Assembly: GCA_938036625.1 (NCBI GenBank)
Contig: CALHQH010000046.1
Span: 11,034 to 75,033 of the forward strand
Direction of reading: 5' to 3'
DNA: 64,000 nucleotides
DNA from: an uncultured Candidatus Saccharibacteria bacterium
GTDB lineage: Bacteria > Patescibacteriota > Saccharimonadia > Saccharimonadales > Saccharimonadaceae
In this document: one piece after another, positions 61,394 through 64,000 of the stretch
How positions within the stretch are numbered: position 1 is the first letter of the stretch
How the letters are laid out: every line of letters begins with the position of its first letter
The notes under the pieces: generated by a model
Seen by the model: the letters and a program-made list of their open reading frames with translations, nothing else
What the model was told of the DNA's origin: nothing
The model's database searches: none
Made by a program: the position numbers and the translations under genes

Positions 61394-64000
61394 CTACCCC
61401 TGTGGCCGCTCTGCATACCGCTCATACACAGCACGGTTGGCAGCATTGGTGTTGCGGCGGAGCTCTGGAGTATTGAGAATGCGGTAGGCGTCGTGGCGAA
61501 GGGCTTGGTGACGCTCAGCATAGGCTTGATCGAAAGTCGGCTCGATGGCAGCCCGCTTCTCGGGCGAGAGGGTGCGAAGATACGAGTCTTTGATCTGCTG
61601 GTAGTCGGGCAAGTCGGGGATACTATAGATCAGCTCTAGTGCGCCATCATTTGCCCCTGCGAAGTTCTCTGCCTTGAGCCGCCCCTCAAAGACTTGGCGT
61701 AGCGAGTGCATCTTCTCGGCAGCTGCACCGTTGTATTCGCCGCGCAAGATTGCATCGTACGTCGCGTCATTCACAAATGGCACCGCACCCGCCACCCCAG
61801 AGGCCACCGCCTCAGCCGAGACAGTCGCGCGAGCATCGTAGTTGTACCCTTGACGCACCTGCACCGTGCCATCGTCTGCCACGTATTCGATCTCGCGGCC
61901 GGTCTCGCGGATGATCTCGCGCTTTTGGCCAGCCGAGCCGGCGCGGAATTGGTGCTCGATAGCCGCCTCCTTGACGTACTCATTATCTGCTCGGAACGTG
62001 TGCTGGTTGCCACTGGCATCGGTGAGGGTGATAGCAGTGTCGCCAGTGGCGGCCATAGCTTGCCATTGGCTGCTATTGAGCTTAAAGTGGCGCATCAGCT
62101 GGTCTTCGGCCGCAACATGCTCACCAAACTCCTTGCGCAGCCGCGCCGTCTGGCCGGCTACCATCAGGTTCTTGTGCCCTACCCCTGTGGCGTAGTCTTG
62201 CAGCGTCTGGCCATCGACCATCCGGCGGCGCAGGGCAATGCCATCACCATCGCGCAACACCACACCATCGGCATTGGCCACTGCTCCATCGGCGAGGAGC
62301 TCACGGTCGATCTTCGCCCGCACTTCGCGCTGGGCCATCGCACTGCGGATTTCCGTTAGCGCACCCACTTCGGCTGCTGCATAAGCGCGCCGCCCCAGGC
62401 CATGGCTCAGGCCAGCCGGCGTCTCTCCGCCAAGCTTCAGCTCATCGTAGAGTGCATCCAGCTTATGGGCAGCATTCTTGGCTTCATCAGAGGTGAGCTG
62501 GGTATTGAGCGCTCGCTGCTTGAGCTCATCATCATGCAAGAGGCGTGCGTTCCAGGCTCGGTCGCGCCGCGCTGCTCCCTCCTTGCCGCGCAAGTCGGTG
62601 TAGCGGTTATATTCATCATTGCTCCGCCCCACCGCCGATAAGTCGGCCATTGTTTCAAAGCGCTTGGTGTAAGCATCGGTTCGCTGCTGAATAGCGCGCT
62701 TTTTCAGGGCCCGCCGCCGCGCTGCATTGCCCAGCCAGTTGCGCTGCGCATCGCCAGCAAGCACGCGTGATTTGCGCAGGTCTGCCCGCTGCTGCGCCCA
62801 AGTCCGCGTCCGGTCAACGATGCCGCGCCGCGGATCATTCATAATCGCGCCCAGCCGCCCTAGCAGTGAGCCACTCATCCGCACCACAAAGGGCGTCAGC
62901 ACCAGCGGCACCACCTGCACCGCCAGGCCAAGGATGATGAGGTTGAGGTTGTTCGCATCCTTGCCATTGGTCAGGATAGCCACTCCTGCCAGGCGCGATC
63001 CACCAAACAATATCGACATGAGCGGAAACATCAGCATCATCGTCATAAAGAGATCCTTCCACTTATCAAAATACTTCTCTGTACTGGGCAGCACATGCAA
63101 TAAGAAAGCAAAGGGCGAGATGATAACAAGAATCGTGATGAGCGCCTGACGCGCCGCAATAATCACCGCAGCGATGATAACCGCCAGCAGCACACCGACC
63201 AGCAGCGGGATAGCCATCGCCAGCGCCCCATCCGTCGCACCCACCAGTGCACTCACCCCCACCACTGCACCCACTGCACCAGCGCTACCTGTCAGCAGAG
63301 CACTCATGACATTAGGCCACGTGATTTTATTGAGCGTGTTATAATCTGCCCCATTAACCGTCGAGGCAATATTGACAAACAGCTGCTGCAGCTGAAAACC
63401 CAGTATGTTCGAAATATCAATCGCTGCCGCACATAGCCAAAACGACATATTAACGACGATAATCGACACGACAAGGCGCGGAAACATCTTCTTGATGCCA
63501 TAATTGCTAATACCAACACTGGTAACTTGCGAATAAATTACGATAAGCGAGACGACGATAAAGGCGATATTGGCCAAGTCGCGCATGATCGCCCAAAAGC
63601 GAAAGAGTGTGCCATCACTACCAGATTGGAGTGGCTGCACCGCCAAGTACTGCGCCACTTGCTGGTAAAGCTGGTCGGTGATCCACGCCATGAAGTTACT
63701 CACTGGGCAGACAATCCAGCCAATGCTTCCCAGCGCTGTGCCACTACAACTGGTCGTGGCACCATCATCTTTATCTGCTTGCTCGGCGGGTTTGTCTTGG
63801 GGTTGGTTGTTGTTATTTGCTGCTTGGCCGTTATTTCCACCATTTTGGCCGTTGGCGTTGTTCTGATTGTTACCAGCGTTTTGCCCGGCTTGACCACCGT
63901 TATTTTGGTTATTTTGGTTATTTTGGTTGTTCTGGCCGCCGTTATTTTGCGGCGCAGCCTCCTGCTGCCCCGAGACAGAGATAGCGATGGCATTATCCAT
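61394..64000 (-). CDS. VirB6/TrbL-like polytopic membrane protein with N/Q/G-rich N-terminus and a roughly 480-aa soluble C-terminal domain; may extend past the right edge
   Basis: At least 6 TM helices, including ..ITILVIISPFAFLLHVLPSTEKYFDKWKDLFMTMMLMFPL.., which resembles the TrbL/VirB6 core. ATG at 64000 is the last codon in the window. Confidence 0.55.
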   Translation of the reverse strand: MDNAIAISVSGQQEAAPQNNGGQNNQNNQNNQNNGGQAGQNAGNNQNNANGQNGGNNGQAANNNNQPQDKPAEQADKDDGATTSCSGTALGSIGWIVCPVSNFMAWITDQLYQQVAQYLAVQPLQSGSDGTLFRFWAIMRDLANIAFIVVSLIVIYSQVTSVGISNYGIKKMFPRLVVSIIVVNMSFWLCAAAIDISNILGFQLQQLFVNIASTVNGADYNTLNKITWPNVMSALLTGSAGAVGAVVGVSALVGATDGALAMAIPLLVGVLLAVIIAAVIIAARQALITILVIISPFAFLLHVLPSTEKYFDKWKDLFMTMMLMFPLMSILFGGSRLAGVAILTNGKDANNLNLIILGLAVQVVPLVLTPFVVRMSGSLLGRLGAIMNDPRRGIVDRTRTWAQQRADLRKSRVLAGDAQRNWLGNAARRRALKKRAIQQRTDAYTKRFETMADLSAVGRSNDEYNRYTDLRGKEGAARRDRAWNARLLHDDELKQRALNTQLTSDEAKNAAHKLDALYDELKLGGETPAGLSHGLGRRAYAAAEVGALTEIRSAMAQREVRAKIDRELLADGAVANADGVVLRDGDGIALRRRMVDGQTLQDYATGVGHKNLMVAGQTARLRKEFGEHVAAEDQLMRHFKLNSSQWQAMAATGDTAITLTDASGNQHTFRADNEYVKEAAIEHQFRAGSAGQKREIIRETGREIEYVADDGTVQVRQGYNYDARATVSAEAVASGVAGAVPFVNDATYDAILRGEYNGAAAEKMHSLRQVFEGRLKAENFAGANDGALELIYSIPDLPDYQQIKDSYLRTLSPEKRAAIEPTFDQAYAERHQALRHDAYRILNTPELRRNTNAANRAVYERYAERPQG
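63899..63934. repeat. 9-bp tandem repeat gttattttg x3 plus one degenerate unit, encoding (QNN)n
   Basis: Seen directly. In frame within the VirB6-like gene. Confidence 0.85.

Noticed and set aside
1-64000. tRNA, rRNA, tmRNA and RNase P genes.
   Set aside because: I scanned all intergenic regions of about 60 bp or more for T-loop (GGTTCGAATCC-like) and acceptor-stem features and found none. No stretch lacks coding potential for long enough to hold an rRNA. This was an eye scan only; tRNAscan-SE or Infernal should confirm.

Overview
This is a gene-dense 64-kb window with about 60 protein genes, roughly 85% of them on the minus strand. I found no rRNA, tRNA, CRISPR array, transposase or integrase. 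Recognisable housekeeping genes are ftsK (5' part), rnj, pnp, rpsO, truB, rpsT, holA, mutM, polA, rpoD, dnaG, corA, orn, mscL, argS, pyrG and nrdA/nrdB. Recognisable transport, regulation and repair units are a PadR-ABC(FtsX) export operon, an Rrf2-YhgE/Pip pair, a NatAB-like ABC-2 pair, a family-4 uracil-DNA glycosylase, and several HAD/GNAT/mutarotase-type enzymes. Between these lie orphan genes of visibly lower GC3: P/Q-rich membrane proteins, acidic cytoplasmic proteins, two tail-anchored surface glycan enzymes, and a VirB6/TrbL-like polytopic protein at the right edge. The gene content (small 341-aa sigma-70, no biosynthetic operons, WhiB-like regulators, orn, a VirB6-like gene) suggests a reduced-genome lineage such as Saccharibacteria/CPR, or a streamlined actinobacterium-like organism. 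I cannot settle this without a database search. The main leads are these. (1) An unusual ribonucleotide reductase module. NrdA has no C-terminal cysteine pair. NrdB carries the class Ic signature (Glu/Phe). An in-frame 120-aa ORF is wedged between the two. Downstream on the same strand are an FMN-split-barrel gene and a 76-aa ORF ending in CEGCQ. The module has a shared NrdR-box-like palindrome and three copies of a roughly 100-nt structured repeat with compensatory substitutions. (2) Two adjacent WhiB-like genes, one carrying two Wbl domains in tandem. (3) TATACT placed exactly 6 nt before the ATG of seven genes, which implies leaderless mRNAs. (4) An over-represented, mostly intergenic 11-mer, TACCTCTGTTA. 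(5) A G9 homopolymer frameshift in a methyltransferase and a TGA-interrupted orphan gene. All functional calls rest on motifs recognised by eye; no searches were run.
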